In this document: positions 21,095 through 30,110 of the stretch, in pieces | How positions within the stretch are numbered: the stretch's first letter is position 1 | Layout: each line of letters begins with the position of its first letter | From: Saprospiraceae bacterium | GTDB lineage: Bacteria > Bacteroidota > Bacteroidia > Chitinophagales > Saprospiraceae | Length of the DNA: 64,000 bases | Assembly (NCBI GenBank): GCA_027080725.1 | Contig: JALWRC010000095.1 | Coordinates: forward strand, 7,415 to 71,414 | Reading direction: 5' to 3' | Made by a program: the position numbers and the translations under genes | The notes under the pieces: model-generated | What the model was told of the DNA's origin: nothing | Databases searched by the model: none | Seen by the model: only the letters and a program-made list of their open reading frames with translations

Positions 21095-23872
21095 CTATTT
21101 GATATGCAAGAGCTGAACGCCCTCAAAACGGAATTTCGGAGGATGCATTTTGTCCTTTTGTTCCCACACGAGCCCCTGCCAGGTATTGTCGCAACCATTG
21201 GTGAGGATGACATTCTGCAGGATGAGTTGGGCATCATCTTCGAGGATAATGCGGCCATTGGCCGGGAGACTCACCGTCACGGGCGCTTCTTTTGTTCCGG
21301 ATATCTGTAGGACATGCCCGGACGGAATCCGGATATCCCGGTCCAATCCCCGCGATTGGGTCCATGTTTCTTTAAGGCCAATGGTCCGGGCGACGGAACC
21401 GAGGTCTTCGGGAGAGGCCGCCAATGCCCCTTCCCAAATGCCCCTTCCGAAAGTCGCGGCGCGCAATTTGTTCATGCAGTAATTGATACGCAATTCGGTT
21501 ACCCGGACATTGGGGAAGTCGCACATATGTTTCCAACGGGACATCCCTTTGTCTTTGAAGTAAATGCCGGCATCGGTTCCGATGTAAAGCATATCCTCCG
21601 TACCGTTCTGGTAGACGATGTCGTTGACGGGTAGATTGGAGAGGGAACCCTCCGGGTCGGCATTCGTCCAGTGGTCCCCTCCGTCCTCCGTCTTCCAAAC
21701 CTTTATGCCGGGCTCATAACCCGTGAAGGTGATCCAGGCTTTTAGTGGATTTTCCGGGTCAAATACCACCGATGTCAATGCAGGAATCTCCAGGCTATCC
21801 CCTCGAAAGACCCTCGGCAGATAGTGCCGGTTGATGATACCACTGGCTTTGAGGCGCCCGGTGAGGTCCTTAAAGCAGGTGTCCTTCCGGTACCCATCGA
21901 TTCCGTCACACCCTCCTGTCGTGCTTAGGAAAAGATGGGATTGGACGACATACCCCTTCTTAAAGTCCTTCTGATATCCGTTGACGATGAGGTAGATGTA
22001 GTCGGGGTCAGAAGCGCAGATGTCGTATTCCGTCATTTGGCGCTTCCACCGGGCAGGGATGTATTTGCCGATATCCGAGCGCAGTACCCAAAGGCTATCC
22101 GCCGTATCGTTGCGCTTGGCCGGTCGATGCACTTTGCGTTCGTAAAGCTCGGTCATCGGTATCCAAACCCTGTCCGTGACCGGGTGGTTCTTCATTTGAA
22201 AGGACTTGATGAGGGGCAGTTTGCCGGTGGCCGGATCCCGGGGCAAAAGGCGCTTTATCCATTCGTTCTTCTGCCTTTTTGATATGAAATCGTAGGTCAT
22301 CAGGCGGTTGGACGAACCACTTCCCGCCCCAAATCCCAATCCACCTACCCAATCCACCTTGCCATTGTATCCGTCGCCTCCCTCGAACGTCGTCCACACT
22401 TTGCCGATGAGGACATCCGTGCCGTTGTCTTGGTTGCCGGTGATGATGTGATCCGGCCGGTCTGCCGCATCCCCAAACCGATGAATGGTCTTCACCTGCA
22501 ATCCCTCCGAGTCAAATTGCCATCCGGATGAACCGGCTCGGCTTACGGGTTTTTTGCTGATACCTCCATCCGTACCGGCATAAAGCGTCTTGCCATCCGG
22601 AGAAAAAACGAGGGTGTGCACATCGGCATGGTAGCCATTGCCGGAGTAGGATGAATATCCGCGAATATGGTGCATGTCTCCTCCGTACACCTTTGTGGTG
22701 CCGAAGAACAGGGTGTCGGCATTGCGGGGTGAAATCCCTATTGCTGTCCGTGTCGGGGTGGCCAACTCGAATGCACTGTAGGTCGTCGAATGGCGCAAAT
22801 GGTGCCATTTCATACCATCAAAATAGTAAATGTAATATTCCGGATGCCCGGAGTGCCCCACGATGTAGGCATACAATCGCTCCGGAGCGGCAGGGGTGAC
22901 CCCGATATTAATCCGGTCCACCTCAAATCCTTCGGACAAGGAGTCCAGCATTAGTCCGGTGCCGGGACCGGTCATACTCTGCCAATGCGCTCCCCCGTCC
23001 GTAGAGCGATAAATGTCCAAGCCGCTGGCGTAAAGCGTGTCGGGATGGGTCGGATGTAGCTCCAATCCCTTGAGTTGGCGATCCCGCTCGATGGTCGTGC
23101 CGGTAGCGGATATTTTTCTCCATTGGGGGAACGGTGCCTCGCGATCCGGACAGTAAAATATCCCCTCGCTGCTCACGATCCACATGCCCGGCGAACGCGG
23201 CGAAAGACGCACCTTACGAATCGCCCCTCCCTCCCGGAAGAACCCCAACAATGCCTCCTCCCGGCCATTTGCCGATTGCCAGTGAAGCCCACCGTCCCGG
23301 CTGCGAAAGACTCCGGCGGTGAAAATCGGGGTAAACTGACTCGAACTCCCGTCATCTGTGTTTTCTGCGTGGTGATTGGGGTTGTTTTCTCCATCCCCGG
23401 TCGTGACGAAAAGGGTGTTTTTATTCGCCGGGTCAATGGCCACATCCGATATCGAACTGTAAGGGAGTTGCCCTTGGCCGATGACATGCCATGCATGCCT
23501 CCCCTGTCGCTTCCAGAGGCCGCCGAAATTGCTGCCGGCATACATGACACTGTCGGTCTCATAATCGGGGCTGAAGGCGATGACGTGGATTTGCCCTTGC
23601 CCCTTGGAGGAGGTATAGCCCCCGGGGATGCCGGTCGGACCCAGACAATGCCATTGGGAATGATAGCAACCCGAATCCGCTCCGCCTAAGAAGGATATAG
23701 CGTAGCGCGTAATGTCCGGATCCGGTGGAAGCGTGTCGGTCCTGTTCTTATGGTATGAAATGGCACCATGTCCGGTGACGGCCAAATATCCGGCCCGGTC
23801 TCGTGACATGCTTATCCCGGACACCGCCCACATCCAAAATAATCCGAAAAACAGTAGGATAGTTCTTTGCAT
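21095..23872 (-). CDS. Secreted BNR/Asp-box repeat beta-propeller protein (sortilin/VPS10-like or glycosidase-like)
   Basis: Signal peptide MQRTILLFFGLFWMWAVSG. Repeated Asp-boxes SRDGGLHWQ, STDGGAHWQ and TEDGGDHW. Confidence 0.6.
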   Translation of the reverse strand: MQRTILLFFGLFWMWAVSGISMSRDRAGYLAVTGHGAISYHKNRTDTLPPDPDITRYAISFLGGADSGCYHSQWHCLGPTGIPGGYTSSKGQGQIHVIAFSPDYETDSVMYAGSNFGGLWKRQGRHAWHVIGQGQLPYSSISDVAIDPANKNTLFVTTGDGENNPNHHAENTDDGSSSQFTPIFTAGVFRSRDGGLHWQSANGREEALLGFFREGGAIRKVRLSPRSPGMWIVSSEGIFYCPDREAPFPQWRKISATGTTIERDRQLKGLELHPTHPDTLYASGLDIYRSTDGGAHWQSMTGPGTGLMLDSLSEGFEVDRINIGVTPAAPERLYAYIVGHSGHPEYYIYYFDGMKWHHLRHSTTYSAFELATPTRTAIGISPRNADTLFFGTTKVYGGDMHHIRGYSSYSGNGYHADVHTLVFSPDGKTLYAGTDGGISKKPVSRAGSSGWQFDSEGLQVKTIHRFGDAADRPDHIITGNQDNGTDVLIGKVWTTFEGGDGYNGKVDWVGGLGFGAGSGSSNRLMTYDFISKRQKNEWIKRLLPRDPATGKLPLIKSFQMKNHPVTDRVWIPMTELYERKVHRPAKRNDTADSLWVLRSDIGKYIPARWKRQMTEYDICASDPDYIYLIVNGYQKDFKKGYVVQSHLFLSTTGGCDGIDGYRKDTCFKDLTGRLKASGIINRHYLPRVFRGDSLEIPALTSVVFDPENPLKAWITFTGYEPGIKVWKTEDGGDHWTNADPEGSLSNLPVNDIVYQNGTEDMLYIGTDAGIYFKDKGMSRWKHMCDFPNVRVTELRINYCMNKLRAATFGRGIWEGALAASPEDLGSVARTIGLKETWTQSRGLDRDIRIPSGHVLQISGTKEAPVTVSLPANGRIILEDDAQLILQNVILTNGCDNTWQGLVWEQKDKMHPPKFRFEGVQLLHIK

Positions 23873-23947
23873 ATATAGTCTGATTTATTTCATTGGACCG
23901 GCTGGGTCTATCGATAATGATTGGCAGCACCTCGCGACCGCACACGA

Positions 23948-23955
23948 CAAAAATA
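23948..23955 (-). promoter_or_regulatory. -7 promoter box TAttTTTG (minus strand) for the BNR gene
   Basis: Matches TAnnTTTG and lies 76 bp upstream of ATG 23872. Confidence 0.45.
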
Positions 23956-23996
23956 CGATATCTTTACGGGAATGAGCTTTTGGGACGGAAAAAGGT

Positions 23997-24014
23997 GTGT
24001 ATTACAAAGTGCGC
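23997..24014 (-). promoter_or_regulatory. Copy of the 18-nt motif (GCGCACTTTGTAATACAC on the minus strand)
   Basis: Lies 41 bp upstream of the -7 box at 23948-23955. It is the inverted partner of the copy at 24743-24764. Confidence 0.5.
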
Positions 24015-24110
24015 TTTTTAGAGTATATTCAAAATTCAATCGCTTCAAAAGGAGAAGAATCCAGACACACGTTTTTATGTGGCTAAAGCCAATCTTTTCT
24101 AACTTTTAGA

Positions 24111-24190
24111 CCGTTCGCTGAAGCGAACGGCAAAAGCTGAAGCGAACGGCAAAGGGCTGAAGCGAACGGCAAAAGCTGAAGCAAATGAAA
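24111..24190. repeat. Tandem repeat, 19-20 bp unit GCTGAAGCGAACGGCAAAr, about 3.5 copies
   Basis: Read directly. The first unit completes the hairpin CCGTTCGC-tgaa-GCGAACGG. A single-unit version is at 52276-52310. Confidence 0.85.
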
Positions 24191-24234
24191 TAGGAACATT
24201 GCCCATGCTACATTCTTAAAAAATGCCCATAACT

Positions 24235-24564
24235 AGTGCTCCGCGCAGAAAATAACTATACACATAAACTTGCTCTTTCCCTCTGACTCTTCGTTGCTCA
24301 AACAGTCATTATACTACGGCATAACTCCCGTTTGAGCGTCTCGTGCCCCACGCAAGAAATAAGTAGATATAATAGGCGAAGTTATTTTTTATTTAGACGA
24401 GGCGAAGGTTCTCTTGAATAGCCTTAGCTATTTACGAGGTTCTTCAACGAAGTATAAATATAAAAGGACGAGCATAGATGTTTAGTTATTTTTTGCGTGG
24501 GGCACTACATTCAGAGAAAAATAGCTTCAGTTGCTATGTATATTTATTTCTTGCGCAGAGCACT
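24235..24564. repeat. Four copies of a 21-23 nt unit rGTGCyCyrCGCAAGAAATAA, arranged forward, forward, reverse, reverse (nested inverted repeats)
   Basis: Units at 24235-24257, 24342-24364, 24484-24506 and 24544-24564. The outer pair matches 18/21 and the inner pair 20/23. Confidence 0.8.
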
Positions 24565-24742
24565 GGAGCGTTTTATAATAAACATCATTGCCGTCAGTTT
24601 CAACTGACGGAAAAAGGAATGAAGAGAAATCGGCTTTAGCCTCATCAAACATATACGCGAGTGTATTCGTCCATTCGTGGCCATCAAATAAAAGCATTCG
24701 GGCAATGGTGGCTGTTAGCTTTGTAAGAGGAGTATTGAATTA

Positions 24743-24764
24743 GTGCAGTTTGTAGTACACACAC
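24743..24764 (+). repeat. Orphan copy of the 18-nt motif (GTGCAGTTTGTAGTACACACAC)
   Basis: No -7 box or gene lies downstream. It is the inverted partner of 23997-24014 (768-bp span). Confidence 0.5.
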
Positions 24765-25257
24765 GGAAAAAGGGTGCATAACAAAAGACACCAACACCAT
24801 CAAAACAAAAGAACCGCCCTGCTCGTGGCGACATATCGTCGCACAACGCACAAAAGTGGAGGTTTTAAACCTATGGTTTGCGGTGATTTTAGAAGTATGG
24901 TATTAGCCCTCTGCGTCAGAAAGATATAAGTATAGCAACCGAGGCTCTTGCCGTCCGGATCAAAGTGCCTAAACGGGAGCAAACATAGCCCACGGTTTTA
25001 ACCGTGGGTATGGGATACGAGACAATCCTTGGCAATGGTTTTAATCATTTTATCGAGCTTCATTTTTTGGAATGGACTCAAAAGTCAAAAAAAGAGCAAG
25101 GAAACATTTAGAGTAGTTTTTTTATAGTACCACTCGCTTAGCTTTGTTTCTCGTCATCGCTTTATACTATTGTTAGAATATTCATTGATGCAATCCTCAA
25201 GCCTAATTGTGATGGTTCTATTTACTTTAGAACATTTGTTTTGTTATGAAGGGCGAT

Positions 25258-25292
25258 TATATCAGAGGCTTCCGGATGAAGCCTCTGATATA
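25258..25292 (-). terminator. Perfect 15-bp hairpin just 3' of the lipoprotein gene (no clear U-run)
   Basis: TATATCAGAGGCTTC-cggat-GAAGCCTCTGATATA, 10 bp past the stop codon. Confidence 0.45.
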
Positions 25293-25301
25293 AATGCTCT
25301 G

Positions 25302-25967
25302 CTATGGCGAAAAATTTAAAAACACATCCAGATTTCCCTTTACATTTATGGTATCACGTCTGTCTTTTGTAATAAGAATTCCATTAATGTTGCCTTCTAA
25401 CCGTAGAACATGATAGTCCAACATGCAAATGCTTCCAAATTCTTCAAATTTACTGAACGTATAATTTTCGAATTTCAGCCCTGTTTCATCACGACTAATA
25501 TCAACAGGTAAACTTACAAGATTTCCATTCCACCAGTTTTGGTATATCTTCCCATCCTTTTTTAATTTTAGGAAAAAATCCCATTTATAAGGAGGGGAAT
25601 TGAATTCATACATTTGAGAATGAATATATGACCAGAACTCGTTTAAATAGGGTGATCCTTTGCCACTGGCAGGTACATCGTGGAAAACAAATCGAAAATA
25701 GAAGTCATCAGGCAAATTGGCAGGATCATAAGGATAAAATACCCCCGGACTAGAAACGAGGAGTCTCGGGACATCTCCGATACTTTCACTAGGGGTAGGA
25801 GCAAATTTGCCACACGAAGTATACGATGTGTCGAACAGCACTTCATTATCAGCAGAAATGAATATCTGTGATTTTGGGATTTCCAGTTCGTTCATAGGAC
25901 CCGGTTCCGGCTTTTTGCAGCATCCTAAGACTATTAAGAAAGCGAAAAGAAAGAGTGTTTTTGCCAT
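25302..25967 (-). CDS. Hypothetical lipoprotein, low GC
   Basis: Lipobox LIVLGC in MAKTLFLFAFLIVLGCCKK. I recognise no family. G+C is about one-third, against about one-half in flanking genes. Confidence 0.55.
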   Translation of the reverse strand: MAKTLFLFAFLIVLGCCKKPEPGPMNELEIPKSQIFISADNEVLFDTSYTSCGKFAPTPSESIGDVPRLLVSSPGVFYPYDPANLPDDFYFRFVFHDVPASGKGSPYLNEFWSYIHSQMYEFNSPPYKWDFFLKLKKDGKIYQNWWNGNLVSLPVDISRDETGLKFENYTFSKFEEFGSICMLDYHVLRLEGNINGILITKDRRDTINVKGNLDVFLNFSP

Positions 25968-26117
25968 GATATGATGATTTTCTATTTATTAATAAAGGAG
26001 AATAATTCCAGTGCTCCAGTTGTTCCTGCGCGATAAATCATTTAGTAAATCTCCGCTCCCAAGTCTTCCTTCGTCAGCTTTGGGGTTGGAGTTCTTCACG
26101 CTGTTTGTCTTAGATTA

Positions 26118-26135
26118 GTGCACTTTGCAATACCC
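26118..26135 (+). promoter_or_regulatory. Copy of the 18-nt motif (GTGCACTTTGCAATACC), followed by a C8 and (CA)4 tract
   Basis: Ends 42 bp upstream of the dctQ -7 box. Confidence 0.5.
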
Positions 26136-26177
26136 CCCCCACACACACCACATCCCTCCCATTACATAATTTCTGTA

Positions 26178-26185
26178 TATATTTG
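26178..26185 (+). promoter_or_regulatory. -7 promoter box TAtaTTTG for dctQM
   Basis: Matches TAnnTTTG and lies 41 bp upstream of ATG 26226. Confidence 0.5.
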
Positions 26186-26225
26186 TCGGGTTGTTTGTTC
26201 AAGTGTATGTTATTAATCAAAAGGG

Positions 26226-26717
26226 ATGAATCGATTGCAGCAGTTCAATGAGCGAATCGGCCGGTGGGTTTCGTGGCTCAATTTGGTCTTGATACTTTTG
26301 ATATGTTTTGATGTACTGTTTCGCTACGCATTTCATACCACCCACGCATGGATAATGGAGTTGGAATGGCAGCTATTTGCACTGATTTTTCTTCTCGGAG
26401 GGGCCTTTACTCTTGCCCGTGATAAACATGTGCGTGTTGACGTGTTTTATATACGACTGCCTGCAAAAGCGAAGGCTATCATAAACATAGCAGGTTATCT
26501 CTTATTGTTAACTCCATGGTGTTTGTTGATGATTTATACCGGTGGGAAGTATGCCCATCACGCCTTTGAGACGATGGAGGGGAGCCCCAATCCGGGCGGA
26601 TTGCCTTATTATTTTATTATAAAATCCATGATTGTATTTGGTTTTGCCTTGTTGTTGATACAAGGGATTGTGGAGATGATTTTAGAATTTAAGAAACTTC
26701 AGCATTGGAATACATAG
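26226..26717 (+). CDS. dctQ: TRAP transporter small permease (DctQ family)
   Basis: A 163-aa protein with four hydrophobic helices. It overlaps and precedes a DctM-type gene. Confidence 0.75.
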   Translation: MNRLQQFNERIGRWVSWLNLVLILLICFDVLFRYAFHTTHAWIMELEWQLFALIFLLGGAFTLARDKHVRVDVFYIRLPAKAKAIINIAGYLLLLTPWCLLMIYTGGKYAHHAFETMEGSPNPGGLPYYFIIKSMIVFGFALLLIQGIVEMILEFKKLQHWNT

Positions 26718-28060
26718 CACTCATACTATTCGGGGCGATATTAATCGTGTTACTGACCGGATTTCCGGTGGCATTTGTCCTCGGCGGGATGGCGGTGTTG
26801 GTGGGGTATTTTCAGCTCGGACCGGAGTTCTTTGCCTTTTTGCCCTCCAGGGTTATGGGCGTGATGAGCAATTATGTACTGATTGCCGTGCCCCTGTTTA
26901 TCTTTATGGGCATCACCATGCAGCGAACAGGCATCGCTGAGTCCCTTCTGATCTCCATGTCAAGGGTGTTTAGTCGAATAAAGGGCGGAATGGCGGTCTC
27001 CGTGATTGTTGTCGGTGCTTTGATGGCGGCCTCTACGGGAATTGTCGGGGCGACGGTGGTGACCATGGGGACGATAAGCTTGCCCATCATGTTGCGTTAT
27101 GGGTACAAGCCCTCCCTCGCGAGTGGGGTAGTGGCCTCTGCCGGGACGCTCGGACAAATCATCCCTCCATCGATTGTGTTGGTCTTGCTGGGGAGTGTGT
27201 TCAATATTTCCGTTGGTGACTTGTTTGGGGCTGCCGTGATTCCTGGGGTGTTATTGGTGTTGATGTATTTGGTTTATACCGTAGTCATTACACAGTTTAC
27301 TAAGGGAGCAATGGATACGAATAGCGCAAAATTAGAGATGATTAAGAGCGCGGGAGAAGAGGGCAGCCGGCAAAGTATAACACTTCTACTTAAAACCTTA
27401 GTAATACCTCTGACCCTGATAGTGGTCGTATTGGGGTCGATATTTGCCGGCATAGCCTCTCCCACGGAGGCCGCTGCTATCGGTGCTGCCGGCGCACTTT
27501 TGATCGGGGTGAGTCAAGGCAAGCTGGATTGGACCACTTTGAAGGACATCTCTGTCGAGACCACACACATGACGAGTATGGTGTTTTTTATTTTGCTTGG
27601 GGCGACGACCTTTACCTTGGTATTTCGCGGGCTGAATGGTGATATTTTTTTGATTGATTTCTTTACCGAAGGAGGATTTACCCCGTGGGGGTTCCTTGGG
27701 TTTGTGATGTTGGTGGTCTTTGTAGCCGGCTTTTTTATAGATTTTATCGAGATCATCTTTATATTGGTGCCCGTCATCCTTCCGATACTAAAGACGTATA
27801 ATCCATCCGATTTTTCTCCTGTATTTCATACCATGCCACAGCTTCTGCTTTGGTTTGCTTTGTTGCTGGCGCTCAATCTACAGACCTCCTTTTTGACACC
27901 TCCCTTTGGCTTCTCGCTGTTTTATCTCAAGGGAGTGGCACCCCCCGAAGTGCAAACCAAGGATATATACAGGGGAATTGTGCCTTTTATATTAATCCAA
28001 CTCGCATTAATCTTGTTGGTGATGTTCTACCCGCAAGTCATCACCTATGTGGTGAACTGA
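26705..28060 (+). CDS. dctM: TRAP transporter large permease (DctM family)
   Basis: A 451-aa polytopic protein with typical DctM sequence (GFPVAFVLGG..., LGQIIPPSI, PPFGFSLFYLKG). Confidence 0.85.
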   Translation: MEYIALILFGAILIVLLTGFPVAFVLGGMAVLVGYFQLGPEFFAFLPSRVMGVMSNYVLIAVPLFIFMGITMQRTGIAESLLISMSRVFSRIKGGMAVSVIVVGALMAASTGIVGATVVTMGTISLPIMLRYGYKPSLASGVVASAGTLGQIIPPSIVLVLLGSVFNISVGDLFGAAVIPGVLLVLMYLVYTVVITQFTKGAMDTNSAKLEMIKSAGEEGSRQSITLLLKTLVIPLTLIVVVLGSIFAGIASPTEAAAIGAAGALLIGVSQGKLDWTTLKDISVETTHMTSMVFFILLGATTFTLVFRGLNGDIFLIDFFTEGGFTPWGFLGFVMLVVFVAGFFIDFIEIIFILVPVILPILKTYNPSDFSPVFHTMPQLLLWFALLLALNLQTSFLTPPFGFSLFYLKGVAPPEVQTKDIYRGIVPFILIQLALILLVMFYPQVITYVVN

Positions 28061-28109
28061 TGGCATGAGTGCTTTTTGTATGCTTCAATCTGTTGATGAA
28101 GTATGCCTG

Positions 28110-28832
28110 TCATGCCCGGTCGATGTCCTGTTGAGCCTTCTTTTGTCCAAGCGGAAAACTAATCCCCAGTAGGAATCCAAATCCATGGTGCTTGATGTCG
28201 ACGGCAAGGATGGGATTGTGCAGCCATTGGATGAGGGAGCGGTGATAGCGGGCTTCAAAATGAAGTATCGCATAGCGAATGGGAATCTGGTAGCCAATAT
28301 TGGCCATCCACCCCAAATCGTAACGATTAAAAAGGCCGCTCGTAAGGGGAAGTGGGGTAGAGCTGATGTTAAAATCAATAATAGCGCGTATCTTGGTTCG
28401 CACAAATCCCTGGGTGTGATACCCGCCGTATAGTCCTCCGTTGATGTAGGCGGTGCTCCGGCTGTAAGGATTGAACCGGTATTTCAAAAGAACGGGAATC
28501 TGTATATAGTCGAGAAAAAAATCAAAGCGAATGCCCACCGGAATATCTTCTGGGAGAGCGCTGAGTATGAGGGTGTCCTTGACGCCGAGGGAGAACCCGT
28601 TTCTCTGGTAGGAGACCGCTGTATAGAAGCTCAAATGGTCGTCAATGGGGAAAAGAGCGTGAACGCCCAAGTTAAATCCGTCCACAATCTTGGGGTCGGG
28701 GATGTATCCATCAATGCCACGTATCCGCGCATTTGGATAATTCGGTCCACCATGAAAGCCGTAAAGGTTTTGGGCGTGGATTCCTGAGGGCAGGAGGAGC
28801 ATCAGGACAAAGAAGCATAGAATGCGTTTCAT
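28110..28832 (-). CDS. Outer-membrane beta-barrel protein (porin-family)
   Basis: ORF 28110..28925 trimmed to the signal peptide MKRILCFFVLMLLLPSGIHAQ. It has an alternating beta-strand pattern. Confidence 0.55.
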   Translation of the reverse strand: MKRILCFFVLMLLLPSGIHAQNLYGFHGGPNYPNARIRGIDGYIPDPKIVDGFNLGVHALFPIDDHLSFYTAVSYQRNGFSLGVKDTLILSALPEDIPVGIRFDFFLDYIQIPVLLKYRFNPYSRSTAYINGGLYGGYHTQGFVRTKIRAIIDFNISSTPLPLTSGLFNRYDLGWMANIGYQIPIRYAILHFEARYHRSLIQWLHNPILAVDIKHHGFGFLLGISFPLGQKKAQQDIDRA

Positions 28833-28870
28833 TGGGCATTGTTTTATATTAGGAAACGATATCGTTTGCA

Positions 28871-29278
28871 TTATTCTGGTTTCTGTAGTAGTAACGGTCG
28901 TAGTCTTATCGTTAGTACGGTCCATCCTGAGATGAAAAGCAATCCACCGATGGGTGTGAGAGGCCCTAGAATCTTGGTTGCTACCTCCGGTAAGTGCTCG
29001 CGGATGGACAAGAGATAAAGCGAACCTGAAAAACAGATTATTCCCATGAGAAACAGATAAAATACAAGGTGCAGGCGATTGGTCTTAAAATGGTAAGACA
29101 AAAGAAGTGCCATCCAGAGTGCCAATCCGTGAAAGAAGTGATATTTGCTCCCGGTTTGAAAAATGAGTTTGCCCGTATCATTCATGTAGGGCGCTAGCCC
29201 GTGCGCACCAAAGGCGCCGATTAACACAGCCAGAATCATGATTATCCCCGCAGTGGTGACAAAAAAAATGCTTTTCAT
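28871..29278 (-). CDS. DUF423 (YgdD-like) small membrane protein
   Basis: ORF trimmed to MKSIFFVTTAGIIMILAV. It has GAFGAHGL...YHFFHGLAL...PIGGLLFISGW, typical of DUF423. Confidence 0.7.
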   Translation of the reverse strand: MKSIFFVTTAGIIMILAVLIGAFGAHGLAPYMNDTGKLIFQTGSKYHFFHGLALWMALLLSYHFKTNRLHLVFYLFLMGIICFSGSLYLLSIREHLPEVATKILGPLTPIGGLLFISGWTVLTIRLRPLLLQKPE

Positions 29279-29535
29279 AATAAATGTATTTTCTGTAATT
29301 TGTTCTGATATTTCATACGTAAAATGCTTTATATGCCCTGCTAATATTGCTATTCTTCCGCATTCGTTCTTTTGGAGGGGCGCCTCAAATCTTCGAAAAA
29401 ACAGCCTTTTGGGCTCCCGAAAGCAAGAGGTTTTATGCGTTTCTATCCATTTGTCAGCCAGCAAGGTAATATATTGTTGAAAAAAATATGTAAGAAAACT
29501 TCCTTTTTTTATTGCTGCACCAACCAAATTGATAG

Positions 29536-29543
29536 TATATTTG
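29536..29543 (+). promoter_or_regulatory. Orphan -7-like box TAtaTTTG
   Basis: Matches TAnnTTTG. No ORF lies downstream for 570 bp. A hairpin plus T-run sits at 29664-29695. Confidence 0.3.
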
Positions 29544-30110
29544 CAGTACGAGAGAGGGATAATACTCCCCAAGTAATAACTCACACCCCTCTTTCCGGAA
29601 TTACAAAGTTACATTACATTAACATAGGGTATCATTAATATCCGGTCAAAACTCAACCGTCTTACACCATCTTATGGTGTCTCTTCGTGTTTTTTATTGG
29701 CTAAGGATTGGATGATGCCCGGAGGAAAGCGCCGGCGATTTCATACCGCATTAACAGTATAGTATGAGATGAGATGAGTCATTTATGTTATGAAATGGTC
29801 GAATCACGTGCAGGCATGGACCTCAAGAACAGCCCCCCACCTCGCGAGCTAACGAGTTTGCCATCTTACCCCCCAACAGGCATAGTCTTCCATGGATAGG
29901 CGTGCTAAAGCGGCACGCTGTCTTTGATAACCAAAACTCAAAACTCATAGTGTATTGGCCGGAATGCCGGCGAATATACGAACATACCGTTTGTATTCTT
30001 GCGACTGCACCAAAGAGGTGCGGTGGTGGAGTTTGGACGTGTGTCATGAGTTAGAGTGGAGGGAATATTTTTAAACATTGTTCCATTTATTAATGCAAAA
30101 TTTTTAACTT

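Noticed and set aside
24800-24982. A 60-aa ORF lies inside the repeat island.
   Set aside because: It is composed of repeat-derived sequence, has no start context or family resemblance, and is not conserved in the related element at 52.2-52.5 kb.
29721-29737. GGAGGAAAGCGCCGG resembles the RNase P RNA CR-I box GAGGAAAGUCCGG.
   Set aside because: It has mismatches in the critical UCCGGGC part. None of the other conserved RNase P segments is found in the surrounding 400 nt.
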